Source: Candidatus Bathyarchaeota archaeon
Lineage (GTDB): Archaea > Thermoproteota > Bathyarchaeia > Bathyarchaeales > Bathycorpusculaceae
Direction: 5' to 3'
NCBI GenBank assembly: GCA_963772455.1
Contig: CAVYXJ010000010.1
Coordinates: 320,001 to 384,000, forward strand
Length of the DNA: 64,000 nt
The notes beneath the pieces are model-generated. The model was given only the letters and a program-made list of their open reading frames with translations, was not told the DNA's origin and did no database searches. Positions 30,547 through 41,383 of the stretch are shown here, in pieces (position 1 is the first letter of the stretch; every line of letters begins with the position of its first letter). Position numbers and translations under genes: made by a program.

Positions 30547-33500
30547 ATGCCCTACATAAAAAAAATTGAGTTAAAAGGCTTTAAGTCTTTTGGACCACAA
30601 ACAGTTAAAGTGAACCTTGATAGGGGTTTTACGGCGATTACGGGTCCAAACGGAAGCGGAAAAACCAATATTATGGATGCTCTTCTTTTTTCGCTTGGAG
30701 AACTTAGTACAAAAAGGCTTCGTGCTGAAAATTCGGCTAAACTAATTTTTCACGGGTCCGAAAAAGCTGGGCAAGAAAAATCCAAAATGGCCAAGGTAGT
30801 TGTACAATTTGATAATTCAGATGGAACTATGCCTGTTGATACAACTACAGTTACAATTTCTCGTGAAGTTTACCGAAACGGGCAGAGCGTTTACCGTTTG
30901 AATGGTCGTAGAATGTCGCGTACTCACATCACAGAAACGCTTTCCATGGCTGCAATAAGTAGCATGAGCCAAAATATTATCCCACAGGGCACTATTACAA
31001 GGTTAACTGATGTTAATCCGCTTGAAAGAAGAAAAATCATTGAGGATCTCATCGGCATAGCCCAATATGATGATGAAAAAACAGAAGCAGAGGAAAAGTT
31101 GCGTGCTGCCGATATTTCAATCCGGACAGCTATGGGTAGAATAGATGAAGTTCAAAAACGTCTCGATGATTTAGAACGTGAACGCAACCAACTTTTGCGC
31201 TACAATTTCATTCAGACCGAGACAAAAAAGTTTCAGGCAGTAAAAATTTCAAGCGACTTAACCCAAATGAACCTGAAAATTAATGAAAGTTCTGGACAGA
31301 CTGTTAAAGTTAAGGAGAGAGTTGACAAACTAAAAGAGCAAAGGGATCTTCGTAGAACCAAACGTCATGAGATTGAAGGGGACTGGCGAAAACTTAGTGG
31401 TGAAGGTCTTGAACAGGGTGGTTCAGAGGTTCTTAAAGTTCAAATTAAGATTGGCGAGTTAAAATCTAAATTAACTGAACTTTCTACGAAAATTAATTCT
31501 GGGCAATCTACTCTTGAAAGCTTTAAGCGTGTTCGAGAAAACAATCTTGCGCAACATGAAAACCTGAGAAATGAGATTAGAGAAAACCGCTTAAAGATTC
31601 GTCAATTCCGAAGTGAGCATGAAAAACTTAAAACTCAAATAACAGAAAAAGAAGCGGCGCACAGTGTTTTAGCCCAGGAAACAAGTCAGCTTTGGGGAGG
31701 ACTTGACAATAACAATCTTCAGATACGAGCGTTCGAAGCTCAAATTGAAAGTCATGTTAAACGAATTGCTTACTTGCGTTCAGTTTACACTCAGGATAAA
31801 TCAGCGCTTCGACTGTGCACTGGCAGAATTAAAAATTTAAGTGTTAGACGAGAGAGATTCCAAACCAGTCAGGTTGAAATAGAAAAATCTCTCTCTGAAC
31901 TTGAACAAGTTCAAAAAGAACAAAAAATCCAACTTAGGACTCTTGAAAATGCAATCGAGCGTAAAACAAGTCAGAAAGAAACAGTTCTAAAAGAAATTAC
32001 CGAAGCAGAGAAAATTGCGAGCTCAGCCAAAGATGCTGTTATAGAATTTGCTACTCAAAGAGACCTTGCAGCAACAATTGCCAACGAAGAAAAAGCTCTT
32101 CGAGGCATCGAGGAAATGGGCGATGTTGGTGCTATCGCTGGTATTCATGGCAGACTGCGTAACCTTATAAAAATTGACAAAAACTTCAAAAAAGCTATCG
32201 ATGCAGCTGCCACTGGTTGGCTTGATGCTTTAGTTGTTAAAGACATCGATATTGCCTTTACTTGCATGGAAACTCTAAGACGCATGAAACTGGGCAGAAT
32301 TAAAATTATTCCGCTTCAAGGCGCAATCAACATAAAAAATAAAGAGCCACCCAAACGAGAAGGTATAATTGGGCCTCTTTCAGGTTTAATGAAATATGAT
32401 AGCGCTTTTGCATTGGCAGTCAACTATGTTTTCGGAGACACAGTTGTTGTTTCCAATGATAAGACGGCATTTGCTCTTTCAAATGAGGGCTATCGGGCAG
32501 TCACGGTGAATGGTGACTTGTATGAGCCAGGCGCATTCGAAAGTGGCTATTATCGTGCACCTATCGATTTCTCGACGATAATTCCCAGTGAAAACGCATT
32601 AAAGAGTTTAGATGAAGCCGTAAAAGCGTTGCAGCAGCATCTTACTCAACGAGGTACGGATATTGTAGGGATTGAGGAAGAGCTTGAATACACAAAAATT
32701 GCAATTACAAGACTCACAGAATCCGTGGCTACATTAGAAAGAGAAATAATTAGAATTAAGCGTGGAGTTAAAAGAACCCAATTTAACATTCGTCACTTGG
32801 AGAAATATGGGGGAAAACTTGAACGTGAAGCAGCCTCCTATAAAGGTCGCATGGAAATTTACAGAAATGAGCGAAACTCTATTCGAAAAAATCACCAAAA
32901 AATCCATGCTGAAATCGCAGCTTTAAGATTAAAAACTGATGTTGCCCATATCCAAGAATTAGAAGTTCAACGTGAAAAAATCGGCGAAGAATTAAATACA
33001 CTTCGTCAACGGTTGGGTTCTGCACAAACGGAAATTTCAACTTACCAATCTCAATTCGATAGAGTGTTACGTAATGGCTACAAGAATACTAAGATTCAGC
33101 TTTCGAAGGTTGATCAGCAGCAGAATAAGCTTGCTAAAGAAGTTGCGGATGCACTTTCTGAACGTGACGCAATAAAGAAGGAAGCGGATGAGTTAGAGAA
33201 AAGCCGAGTTGATCTCTCTAAAGCTGTATTTTCAGCCCGTGAAGAATCCAAGAAATTTACTTCCCAAATTGATTCAATCGATTCAGAACTTAGATTGCTG
33301 GATTCGGAGTATGAGCAGGCAGAGCGTCTTCTAAACCAATTGCAACTCGGGATAGAAACTAGTCAACTGCGTTTGCAACAACTTCAAGGCCAACTTAGAA
33401 ATTTTGGTTACGAGGTGGCAATAGAAACTAACCCAAGGCAGGTTCAAGAAGCCGAAACAACCATTCGCATGATGCAGTTTGAAATGGAAAGAATAGGAGC

Positions 33501-34098
33501 TATAAACCAGCTGGCTTCTTCACATTATTCAGAGCAGATTTCAAGATACCGCGAATTATCTGTGCGCTTAAACGAATTAGAGAGAGAAAAACAAGCCATA
33601 GTTCTATTTATGGATGAGATTGAATCTAAAAAACGCAAGGTTTTCATGACAGCTTTTGAGAAAATCAACACTGCATTGAAGGTTTACTTCGAAAAACTCA
33701 CTGGCGGAGGAGAAGCATCACTTAAATTAGAAAACCCAGAAGAACCCTTCAATGGAGGCATAGATATGATTGTGCAATTTCCAAACAAGCCTGCAATCGT
33801 TGTAAGTGGAGCTAGCGGTGGTGAACGTTCTGTTTCAGCAGTCAGCTTTATTTTTTCTCTCAAAGAGTTTACGCCAGCGTCATTCTACATCCTAGACGAA
33901 GTTGACGCGCACTTAGATGCTTATCACACAACCAAACTTGCTGAAGTACTGCTTGAGGAAGCAGGAAAAATCCAGTTCATAGTAATTAGTTTACGACCAG
34001 AAATGGTAAACAAAGCTCAGAAAGTCTATGGTGTCTATGAACGCAACGGAGTTTCCAATGTGGTGACTGCAAAGTTCCCACCGGAGGTAGCCAGGTAA
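30547..34098 (+). CDS. smc: Chromosome segregation protein SMC
   Basis: GFKSF, GPNGSGKT, coiled coils, hinge (GIHGRL..VFGDT..G..SGY), ASGGE, DEVDAHLD. Confidence 0.97.
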   Translation: MPYIKKIELKGFKSFGPQTVKVNLDRGFTAITGPNGSGKTNIMDALLFSLGELSTKRLRAENSAKLIFHGSEKAGQEKSKMAKVVVQFDNSDGTMPVDTTTVTISREVYRNGQSVYRLNGRRMSRTHITETLSMAAISSMSQNIIPQGTITRLTDVNPLERRKIIEDLIGIAQYDDEKTEAEEKLRAADISIRTAMGRIDEVQKRLDDLERERNQLLRYNFIQTETKKFQAVKISSDLTQMNLKINESSGQTVKVKERVDKLKEQRDLRRTKRHEIEGDWRKLSGEGLEQGGSEVLKVQIKIGELKSKLTELSTKINSGQSTLESFKRVRENNLAQHENLRNEIRENRLKIRQFRSEHEKLKTQITEKEAAHSVLAQETSQLWGGLDNNNLQIRAFEAQIESHVKRIAYLRSVYTQDKSALRLCTGRIKNLSVRRERFQTSQVEIEKSLSELEQVQKEQKIQLRTLENAIERKTSQKETVLKEITEAEKIASSAKDAVIEFATQRDLAATIANEEKALRGIEEMGDVGAIAGIHGRLRNLIKIDKNFKKAIDAAATGWLDALVVKDIDIAFTCMETLRRMKLGRIKIIPLQGAINIKNKEPPKREGIIGPLSGLMKYDSAFALAVNYVFGDTVVVSNDKTAFALSNEGYRAVTVNGDLYEPGAFESGYYRAPIDFSTIIPSENALKSLDEAVKALQQHLTQRGTDIVGIEEELEYTKIAITRLTESVATLEREIIRIKRGVKRTQFNIRHLEKYGGKLEREAASYKGRMEIYRNERNSIRKNHQKIHAEIAALRLKTDVAHIQELEVQREKIGEELNTLRQRLGSAQTEISTYQSQFDRVLRNGYKNTKIQLSKVDQQQNKLAKEVADALSERDAIKKEADELEKSRVDLSKAVFSAREESKKFTSQIDSIDSELRLLDSEYEQAERLLNQLQLGIETSQLRLQQLQGQLRNFGYEVAIETNPRQVQEAETTIRMMQFEMERIGAINQLASSHYSEQISRYRELSVRLNELEREKQAIVLFMDEIESKKRKVFMTAFEKINTALKVYFEKLTGGGEASLKLENPEEPFNGGIDMIVQFPNKPAIVVSGASGGERSVSAVSFIFSLKEFTPASFYILDEVDAHLDAYHTTKLAEVLLEEAGKIQFIVISLRPEMVNKAQKVYGVYERNGVSNVVTAKFPPEVAR

Positions 34099-34815
34099 AT
34101 GGCGTCATCTTCACCCACAACTCCTATGAGGCGACCGTTTTATCTTCGCCCCCCATGGAACATTCTCTTCGAAGTTAGCAAACTTGAAAAAGTTACACCA
34201 TGGAACGTTAACATAGCTTATTTGCTAAGGTCTTTTCTAACGGAAATGGAGCGAACAGAAAAAGTAGATTTCCGCGCTTCAGGCGTGGCATTGGATTCTT
34301 CAGCTTTAATTTATTTAATGAAGTCTAAGCTCCTGCTCACTCTGCAAGAGCCACCGGTGTTGGCTAAGGGTCCAACGGATTTTGTACCACCACCATTATT
34401 CCTGCCATTGCGACATGAATTAACATCAACAACCATCGAACATTTACTCGATGTCTTAAAAGAAGTCTTGAACGGGGAAAAGCTTCTGACTTTGAACCCT
34501 GAAGTTAAGACCCATCCAGTTTTTCCAGCACTCACAGATTTACTACCCCAATTCGACAAGTTTATGGCTGAACTCGAACTGCAAGTTGACCAGTTATATG
34601 CCATTTTATGTGAGAAAGTAGGAGGTCAAGGAATAATTGATTTTACAACTCTCTCAAAAGGTGCGACTCGAATTGAAGCGTTGAGAATGTTTATTTATTT
34701 ACTGTTCCTTGCGCAGAATGGCTTAGTTAGTTTGTGGCAGAATGAAGAAACAGAGGAACTCTACATAGCTGTGGGGAAACTGAACGTTGGAAAAGTCGAA
34801 AAACCTACAAGTTGA
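34099..34815 (+). CDS. scpA: Segregation/condensation protein A (kleisin)
   Basis: PWNVNI, DFRASG..YLMKS, FIYLLFLA..LWQ; directly after smc. Confidence 0.88.
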   Translation: MASSSPTTPMRRPFYLRPPWNILFEVSKLEKVTPWNVNIAYLLRSFLTEMERTEKVDFRASGVALDSSALIYLMKSKLLLTLQEPPVLAKGPTDFVPPPLFLPLRHELTSTTIEHLLDVLKEVLNGEKLLTLNPEVKTHPVFPALTDLLPQFDKFMAELELQVDQLYAILCEKVGGQGIIDFTTLSKGATRIEALRMFIYLLFLAQNGLVSLWQNEETEELYIAVGKLNVGKVEKPTS

Positions 34816-35437
34816 TTCAAACATAACGGCAGAGCAAACGATAGAAACTGATCGAAAAGCTCATCATTTGGCATTACTAGAAGCAGCTCTTTACGTTGCT
34901 GGTCGTCCACTTGACTTAAACGAGCTATGTCAAGTTGTAGGTAGTCGTTCTAAGAAGAGAACCCAAATTTATATTGAAATGCTGATGAAAGAATATGCAG
35001 CTCGAAATAATGCATTAGAGATTTTATCACTTAAGAATGAACGCTATGTTCTGCAAGTGAAGGCGGAATTTACTCACCTCATTAAGAAACTCGTGAACCG
35101 GCCTCTTCTCTCGTCTGGTCCGCTTAAAACGCTTTCTTATATTGCTTATCGGCAACCTATCTCTCAGAAAAGAGTAATTGATGTTCGAGGTCAACACGCG
35201 TATGGGCATGTAAAGATGCTTAAGGATATGGGGCTGATTATGTCGGAGAGAAGTGGGCGTTCTTTGGCATTGAAGACAACTGATTATTTCGCTGATTATT
35301 TTGGCTTAACTACGGATACATTGGTAATGAAGAAAGACCTCAAGAAGATTTTTGGTGAAGCAATAAAAGAGGATGCTGAAGAGAGACAAGAAAAAGAAAA
35401 GCAAGAGCAACAAGAGAATAATGCCAAACAAGTGTAG
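34787..35437 (+). CDS. scpB: Segregation/condensation protein B (kite)
   Basis: LEAALYVAGRPL, TLSYIAYRQPI, VRG, TTDYFADYFG. Confidence 0.93.
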   Translation: MEKSKNLQVDSNITAEQTIETDRKAHHLALLEAALYVAGRPLDLNELCQVVGSRSKKRTQIYIEMLMKEYAARNNALEILSLKNERYVLQVKAEFTHLIKKLVNRPLLSSGPLKTLSYIAYRQPISQKRVIDVRGQHAYGHVKMLKDMGLIMSERSGRSLALKTTDYFADYFGLTTDTLVMKKDLKKIFGEAIKEDAEERQEKEKQEQQENNAKQV

Positions 35438-35668
35438 TTTGGATCTTTTTTCCAGAACTAAACAATTGTTAATCAAACAAACAGAAATTGGATGGAAGAC
35501 GTAATATGTACGTTAATTATTGGTTTTTCTAAATGTTGTTTAGTAACAACAATTATAGAATAAACCATTTAAAACCAGAAAAATACACAGAAAAACAATC
35601 AATAAACAAATACATTTATATTGAAATCTACGGTTTTAGTGACTACTCGAACGTAGGAAATGTAGAAT

Positions 35669-36061
35669 ATGTCTACTCATAGCAGTTTACGCAAAAGAAA
35701 ACTTTCAGGCGGCAAAAAAAGAGCTTACCGCTCAAAGAAAAAGTATGAAGCAGGCGGTTACCCAGCAGAAACAGTTCTTGGTGAGCCAAGACGAAAGACC
35801 ACCCGAGGTATGGGCGGTATATGCAAAATCAAAGCTCTCGCCGAAAAATTCGCTTCAGTAACTGACCCTAAAAGCGGCAAGACAGAAAAAACTGAAATCA
35901 CACGCGTTGTCAAAAATGGTGCGAACGTTGACTACAACCGCAGAGGCGTAATAACAAAAGGCGCAGAAATCGATACTGCATTAGGCTTAGCAAAAGTTAC
36001 AAGTCGACCAGGTAGCGACGGCGTAATAAATGCAGTTCTCATAACAAAAACAAAGGCATAA
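35669..36061 (+). CDS. rps8e: 30S ribosomal protein S8e
   Basis: RKLSGG, RGMGG, RRGVITKGA, VTSRPGSDGVINAV. Confidence 0.97.
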   Translation: MSTHSSLRKRKLSGGKKRAYRSKKKYEAGGYPAETVLGEPRRKTTRGMGGICKIKALAEKFASVTDPKSGKTEKTEITRVVKNGANVDYNRRGVITKGAEIDTALGLAKVTSRPGSDGVINAVLITKTKA

Positions 36062-36074
36062 TTTTTTTATTATT

Positions 36075-36383
36075 TTAACGTCTTATTGACTGCTGCTGTT
36101 GGCTTTTTATCTTAATTAATTGTTTCGCTATCTTTTGAATTATTTTTTCTTTTGCTTCGTTCTTTTCTACAAGTAACATTCCTGATTTAGCCCAGGGAGT
36201 TTTTGGAAAGTGCGCTTCAAGGTTAATTTCGTTTTTTAAACATAGTTTATCTGTTGCTTCTTTGATTTCCAAGATTTTTGGGGATTGCACAGCCATGGCT
36301 TTTGGGACGCGTCGTCCATCTTTTCTGGTTTTGTTACAGTCGAAGTAGATTGGCCAGATTATTGCTTTATCGAGTTTTCTCAT
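36075..36383 (-). CDS. srp19: Signal recognition particle protein SRP19
   Basis: IIWPIYFD..TRKDGRRVP, FPKTPW..SG. Confidence 0.93.
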   Translation of the reverse strand: MRKLDKAIIWPIYFDCNKTRKDGRRVPKAMAVQSPKILEIKEATDKLCLKNEINLEAHFPKTPWAKSGMLLVEKNEAKEKIIQKIAKQLIKIKSQQQQSIRR

Positions 36384-36393
36384 GTGTTTCACC

Positions 36394-38145
36394 TTATTTG
36401 TGGGCGTAATAAGCGATTAGTTTCTCGCTGACTTCGTTTATGTTTACAAATCCGAAGCGTTCAAACTGTATGATGATGTCTGGCTTTAACTTTTTGCAAT
36501 CAGCCTCAGCAAATCCTTCTACAACTGAAGCGTCTGGCATGACTATTTGTGTTGGGAATTCTGATCCTTTGGGTATCCATTGGATGAGTTGGACTTTGAT
36601 TTTTCGTACGTCTTCGTAGGATTCGCTGACAAATTTTGCGGTCACTGCGTTGTCTGTTTTTGTTTCGATTTTGACATTGAATAGTTCCATTAGCCTAAAG
36701 ATTTTTTCAGGTTCCATTGTTTCCGAGTCTTTCTTTGAAATCCAAAAACTCACGGCTTTATCTTCACTTTGGGGTGTTATTGTGTATTCTCTGAATCCAT
36801 GTTCTGGTTTTTCGGGGTGAAGGGGTAGTTTGGTTTGGAAAGTTTTTGGAAGTCCTGTTACTTTGAGTTCGAAAGGTTGAGCTACGAAGAAGTATCTGTT
36901 GCTGATGTTGTCGAGGATTTTGCGGTTGTATGAAAACAGGTTTTCCCAGCTTAAAGTAACGTCGTTTGGTTTGATGCCTACGTCAATTATCATTTTTTTG
37001 ATGGCTTCTGAGGTGATTCCGCGTTTTCTTAGAGCTGCGAATGTTCCTAATCTTGGGTCGTCAAAGCCTGTGTATGTGCCTGCTTTTATGCCTGCAACGA
37101 TTTTGGATTTGCTCAAGTCGGCGCCTGTGATTTTTAGTCTGCCATAATGTATGGCTTCAGGATAATCCCATCCTAAATAATTGTACATGTATTTTTGGCG
37201 CACCATGTTGGTGTAGTGTTCTTTGCCGCGGATGATGTGGGTCATGCCCATTAGATGGTCGTCTAAGCCTGCTGCTAAGTTGTAGAGTGGCCATACGATG
37301 TATTTGCTTCCTACTCTTGGGTGAGGATATTTTATGGTGTCGATGACTCTTAGTGCTGGCCAATCTCGGATAGCTGGGTTAGGGTTTTCTAGATCAGTTT
37401 TTATTCGAACAACTGCTTGGCCTTCAGTGTAGCCGCCAGTTAGCATGCTGTGCCATCGTTCTAAATGTTCTCCAGCTGGTAGATCTCGACATGGGCAGGC
37501 GATTTTGTCTATTATTTTTTTGCGGAATTCTTCAGAGGGGCATTCACAAATGTATGCGTTTCCTTGTTCAATGAGTTTTTCTGTGTATTCGTAATAGATT
37601 GGTAAGCGGTCGCTCTGGATATATTCTTCATCAACTTTGCAGCCCAGCCACTTCAAATCTTGTCTGATGCTGTCATAAAATTTTAAGGAGGGTTTTTTGA
37701 TTTTTGGATCTGTATCTTCAAAGCGCAGAATGAATTTGCCATTGTAGTTGCGTGCGTATTCGTGGCTTAGAAGTATGGCTCTTGCTGAACCTAAATGGAG
37801 AACGCAATCTGGGTTGGGCGAGAATCTTGTGACGATTTGTTTGTATTTGTCGGCGTTTGGCAGTGGTGAGAGATGTTTTTCTTCTGGTTTCTCTTTCTTT
37901 TGGGTTTCAGGCCATTTCGCTTCAACAATTGCTTTCTGCTCAGTTAATGATAAACTGTTAACTTCACTTACAACGGCGTTAATGACGCTTGATAGCTCTT
38001 TTACGCGGCTTCTCAATTCTGCTTTTTCTCCCAAAATCTTGCCAACCATGGCACCCGCCTGAGCTTTTCCATCATGCCCAACCGCATTTAACAAAGCAGC
38101 TTTTCGAATAAGTTCTCTAAGGTCAATGTCGTTTTCTAATTCCAA
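36394..38145 (-). CDS. gltX: Glutamyl-tRNA synthetase
   Basis: TRFSPNP..LHLGS, RFEDTD, THIIRGKEH, LSKS, QFERFGF. Confidence 0.96.
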   Translation of the reverse strand: MELENDIDLRELIRKAALLNAVGHDGKAQAGAMVGKILGEKAELRSRVKELSSVINAVVSEVNSLSLTEQKAIVEAKWPETQKKEKPEEKHLSPLPNADKYKQIVTRFSPNPDCVLHLGSARAILLSHEYARNYNGKFILRFEDTDPKIKKPSLKFYDSIRQDLKWLGCKVDEEYIQSDRLPIYYEYTEKLIEQGNAYICECPSEEFRKKIIDKIACPCRDLPAGEHLERWHSMLTGGYTEGQAVVRIKTDLENPNPAIRDWPALRVIDTIKYPHPRVGSKYIVWPLYNLAAGLDDHLMGMTHIIRGKEHYTNMVRQKYMYNYLGWDYPEAIHYGRLKITGADLSKSKIVAGIKAGTYTGFDDPRLGTFAALRKRGITSEAIKKMIIDVGIKPNDVTLSWENLFSYNRKILDNISNRYFFVAQPFELKVTGLPKTFQTKLPLHPEKPEHGFREYTITPQSEDKAVSFWISKKDSETMEPEKIFRLMELFNVKIETKTDNAVTAKFVSESYEDVRKIKVQLIQWIPKGSEFPTQIVMPDASVVEGFAEADCKKLKPDIIIQFERFGFVNINEVSEKLIAYYAHK

Positions 38146-38166
38146 ATCTAATACGCTCGCTGAAGT

Positions 38167-39237
38167 TTACTTGTTTCGTGTAATCAAGAATTCGGCGAAC
38201 GCTTTTAATTTTTCCTTAGCTTGGGGCGTTGGAAGAAGTTTTTCGGTTGCCCTCCAGCTTTCCATTACCATTTGTTCTGCAGTTTGCTTTACATATTCTA
38301 TGGCGCCATATTTCTGAATGAGTGCGATGGCTTCATCTCGTAGTTTCTGGTCTGAGGTGTGCATGTTTAGAATTTTTATTAGTCGCGCTTTGTCTTTGCT
38401 GTTTGCTTTTTTGAGTGTGTAAATAACCAATAAGGATCGTTTGCCCTCAGTGATGTCTCCTCCGACGCATCCTTTGCTCTTGGCGAATTCTTGCCCCGTC
38501 AAATCCAATATGTCATCTTGCATCTGGAAAGCGACACCTATGCTTTCTGCAAATCGACCGAGCTTTTCAACTAAGGGTTTGTTGGCGCCAGAGAGAACAG
38601 CAGCCATCTTTGCTGCCATACGCGCGAGAGTGCCGGTTTTGTAAGCACACATCTGCAAATAATCATTTTCATCTAAGTTGTCGGCGTTTGCGATGCCACG
38701 GTGCCATGCTATGTCCATAGCTTGTCCCATGCTTAAGTTAATCATTTCTTGTACATAGACTTCGTAGATATCCCGTTGCACTTCGGCCTTAACTTTTGTG
38801 GCCATTGTCATAAGTGGCAAGAGCGGCAGGTAATACATTGCATTTCCAGCATTAACTGCGATGTCGGTTTGGAAAATTTTGTAGGTGCATGGTTTGCCAC
38901 GGCGAACTTCTGAGGAATCTTCGATGTCATCGATGACAAGTGTGCCGTTGTGGATGACTTCGGGAATTATCGAGAAATCTAAACAATAATCGGCTTTTTC
39001 GCCTAATGCCTCGCAAATGAGCAAGAATAATGCTGGGCGCCAACGTTTTCCGCCGCGATCTAGCATATCCCAGATTGGGTCGGCAATTGCTTTGTTTAGC
39101 GGCTCAAGAGTGTAGCTGTAGATTGGTGGTTCAACTTTGAAAAGAATGGCGTCTTTGGTGAATTTTCTTGGGATGTATTTTTCGATGGCTTTGTCTATTT
39201 TGGGTGCTGTTTGTTCAAGAAACTTTTCAATATCCAA
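38167..39237 (-). CDS. idsA: Geranylgeranyl diphosphate (polyprenyl) synthase
   Basis: GGKRWRP, DDIED..RRG, GQAMD, YKTG, FQMQDDILD; TTG 39237 after GAGGAG SD. Confidence 0.92.
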   Translation of the reverse strand: MDIEKFLEQTAPKIDKAIEKYIPRKFTKDAILFKVEPPIYSYTLEPLNKAIADPIWDMLDRGGKRWRPALFLLICEALGEKADYCLDFSIIPEVIHNGTLVIDDIEDSSEVRRGKPCTYKIFQTDIAVNAGNAMYYLPLLPLMTMATKVKAEVQRDIYEVYVQEMINLSMGQAMDIAWHRGIANADNLDENDYLQMCAYKTGTLARMAAKMAAVLSGANKPLVEKLGRFAESIGVAFQMQDDILDLTGQEFAKSKGCVGGDITEGKRSLLVIYTLKKANSKDKARLIKILNMHTSDQKLRDEAIALIQKYGAIEYVKQTAEQMVMESWRATEKLLPTPQAKEKLKAFAEFLITRNK

Positions 39238-39238
39238 G

Positions 39239-40330
39239 TTAATGTGCTCCTCTTTTTGCATATTTTTGCAGGTTGTAGCCTCTGGCTTGAAGCCACTCGC
39301 CAGTTTTACCTGTAATAACTATGGAGATCTTTGGTAAATCTTCGATTTTTTCTGCTCCGACAAGGAACATGGCATTTCGTAGTTCTTCAATTAAGCTTGA
39401 AAGTTTTTCTTCGGTTTCTTTTGCGCTTTTAACTGCGGTCTGGAGAATTGGTTGGGAAATGCTTGCTAGAGATGCGTTAAGGGCTAAGGCTTTAGCTATA
39501 TCAGTGCCACATCGTAAGCCACCTGAAGCTATCACTGGTAACTTTACAGTTTGAACTGTTTCAATAAGACTTACAACAGTTGGTATGCCCCAGTCCCAGA
39601 AAGCTTCTCCTGATAAATTCGCTGTTGCTGTTGAGCGGTAATATTCGACTGCTGCAAAACTTGTTCCCCCAACTCCGCCCACATCAATTGATTTGACGCC
39701 TGCATTTTCGAGGGCTTTGGCATCTTCGGCGGAAATTCCTGCACCAGTCTCCTTAACAATCACAGGCGTATCAAGAGCGCCTGCGATTTCAGCGATTTTG
39801 GCTAAAACCCCTTTAAAGTTAGTTTGTCCTTCGGGCTGAACTGCTTCCTGCAACGCATTCAAATGTATTGCAACAGCGTCAGCGTTAATCATTTCTACGA
39901 CTTTTTTAACTTCTTTTAATCCGTAGCCGTGAACTAGTTGGACTCCGCCGATGTTGGCGATTAAGAATGCGTTGGGTGCCATTTTGCGTGCTATTGCGTA
40001 GGTGTGTTCGAGTTTTTGGTTTTCGATTGCTGCTCTTTGGCTTCCAACTCCCATGCCTAACCCGAGTTTTTCGACGGCTTGGGCAATTGATGAGTTAATT
40101 TGGGTGGCTTGTTCAGTTCCGCCAGTCATTGCGCCAACTATTATTGGGGCATTAAATTTTTTTCCAAGAAAAGTGGTTGATAATTTGATTTTTTCTTTGT
40201 TTACTTCTGGGAGCGCTCGGTGAATTAATTGGATGTCTTCGAAGCCTGAGGTGGCAGTTTTGGCTTGCGCTTTGTTTCCTAAACATATTCTTATATGGTC
40301 TTCTTTGCGCTTCCCAGTTTCGTTAGCCAT
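39239..40330 (-). CDS. fni: Type 2 isopentenyl-diphosphate isomerase
   Basis: RKEDHI, AMTGG, GVGSQR, HLNALQE, VKETG, ASGG. Confidence 0.96.
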   Translation of the reverse strand: MANETGKRKEDHIRICLGNKAQAKTATSGFEDIQLIHRALPEVNKEKIKLSTTFLGKKFNAPIIVGAMTGGTEQATQINSSIAQAVEKLGLGMGVGSQRAAIENQKLEHTYAIARKMAPNAFLIANIGGVQLVHGYGLKEVKKVVEMINADAVAIHLNALQEAVQPEGQTNFKGVLAKIAEIAGALDTPVIVKETGAGISAEDAKALENAGVKSIDVGGVGGTSFAAVEYYRSTATANLSGEAFWDWGIPTVVSLIETVQTVKLPVIASGGLRCGTDIAKALALNASLASISQPILQTAVKSAKETEEKLSSLIEELRNAMFLVGAEKIEDLPKISIVITGKTGEWLQARGYNLQKYAKRGAH

Positions 40331-40331
40331 T

Positions 40332-41135
40332 TTAGGTCTTCTCTATTTCAGTGCCTAACACACTTTGGTCTGTTAGCGCTCTGTAAATAGATAACCCTTT
40401 TGTGGCTCCGGTAACTGTAACATGGACTCCGTGCTCTATTGCAGGTATTAATGCACATATTTTGCCTGCCATGCCGCCTGTAACGTCTTTGCCTTGGGCT
40501 TTGCCAAGTTTAGGTTGAATTGCTTTGAGCTCGGCTAACGTTAGTTTCTTGTAGGCTTTTGCATCTGGATTGGTTTTTGGGTCTGCATCAAATATGCCAT
40601 CTGTGTCGGTGCCGACAACGATTTTTGAAGCGTTGTATTTGATTGCTAAGTACGCGACTAATTGGTCGCCTGAGAGGATTGTGAAGCCTAATTTTTCGTC
40701 TAAAACTGCATCGCCATACATGACGGGTGTGAAGTTCATTTTTTGCATTGTTTTGAGGACTGTTTCGTCAAAGACTTTTATTTTTCCGTTTTCGGTTAAG
40801 AAACATGAAGATGGTGCGATGCTTACAGCGGCGATCTCATGCCAAATCATAGCATCCATGACTAGACCGTTTAGAACAGTCATTACGTGGTGGGTTTCGG
40901 CGAAGCCGAGTTTTTGGGTTGGATCCTCATTGTAGCCTTCTTTTAAGCCGTATTTTAATGCGGTTGGGTGACCAAAGCTGCCTCCTCCATGCACAACGAT
41001 TAGGTTGTCGAGGTCTGCACGCTTGATTTCTTCCGCTAAACGGTTTATTATTTCAGTTTTTGCGGCTAATTCTCCGGTTTTATCAGTGATGGCTGAACCG
41101 CCAATTTTTAGGATGATGGGTCTTGAATCGCTCAT
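40332..41135 (-). CDS. ipk: Isopentenyl phosphate kinase
   Basis: LKIGGSAITDK, HGGGSFGH, LSGD, DVTGGMAGK. Confidence 0.94.
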   Translation of the reverse strand: MSDSRPIILKIGGSAITDKTGELAAKTEIINRLAEEIKRADLDNLIVVHGGGSFGHPTALKYGLKEGYNEDPTQKLGFAETHHVMTVLNGLVMDAMIWHEIAAVSIAPSSCFLTENGKIKVFDETVLKTMQKMNFTPVMYGDAVLDEKLGFTILSGDQLVAYLAIKYNASKIVVGTDTDGIFDADPKTNPDAKAYKKLTLAELKAIQPKLGKAQGKDVTGGMAGKICALIPAIEHGVHVTVTGATKGLSIYRALTDQSVLGTEIEKT

Positions 41136-41315
41136 TGTAATCGTAACCAACTATGATTATTTGTGTTCTGCTAATTTAACATTACAGTTCGAAGGAAGTC
41201 CCATTAAGTGAATGTGGACAAATTTTTCGTTTGATAGTGGAACAACAACCAACAGGTTTTGTTAAAACCGAAGTTTTGCTTCTTAAAGCATGTTGAAGCA
41301 TTAGACTGTTTGTGC

Positions 41316-41369
41316 AATATCCCGCAAAGGTGTTTTTCGTAAGTTTTATCTTATGAGTTGTGGGATATT
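41316..41369 (+). promoter_or_regulatory. Inverted repeat operator flanking the antitoxin promoter
   Basis: AATATCCCGCAA (41316-27) / TTGTGGGATATT (41358-69), one mismatch, around a TTTTAT box. Confidence 0.55.
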
Positions 41370-41383
41370 AAAGCGCGAACGCA

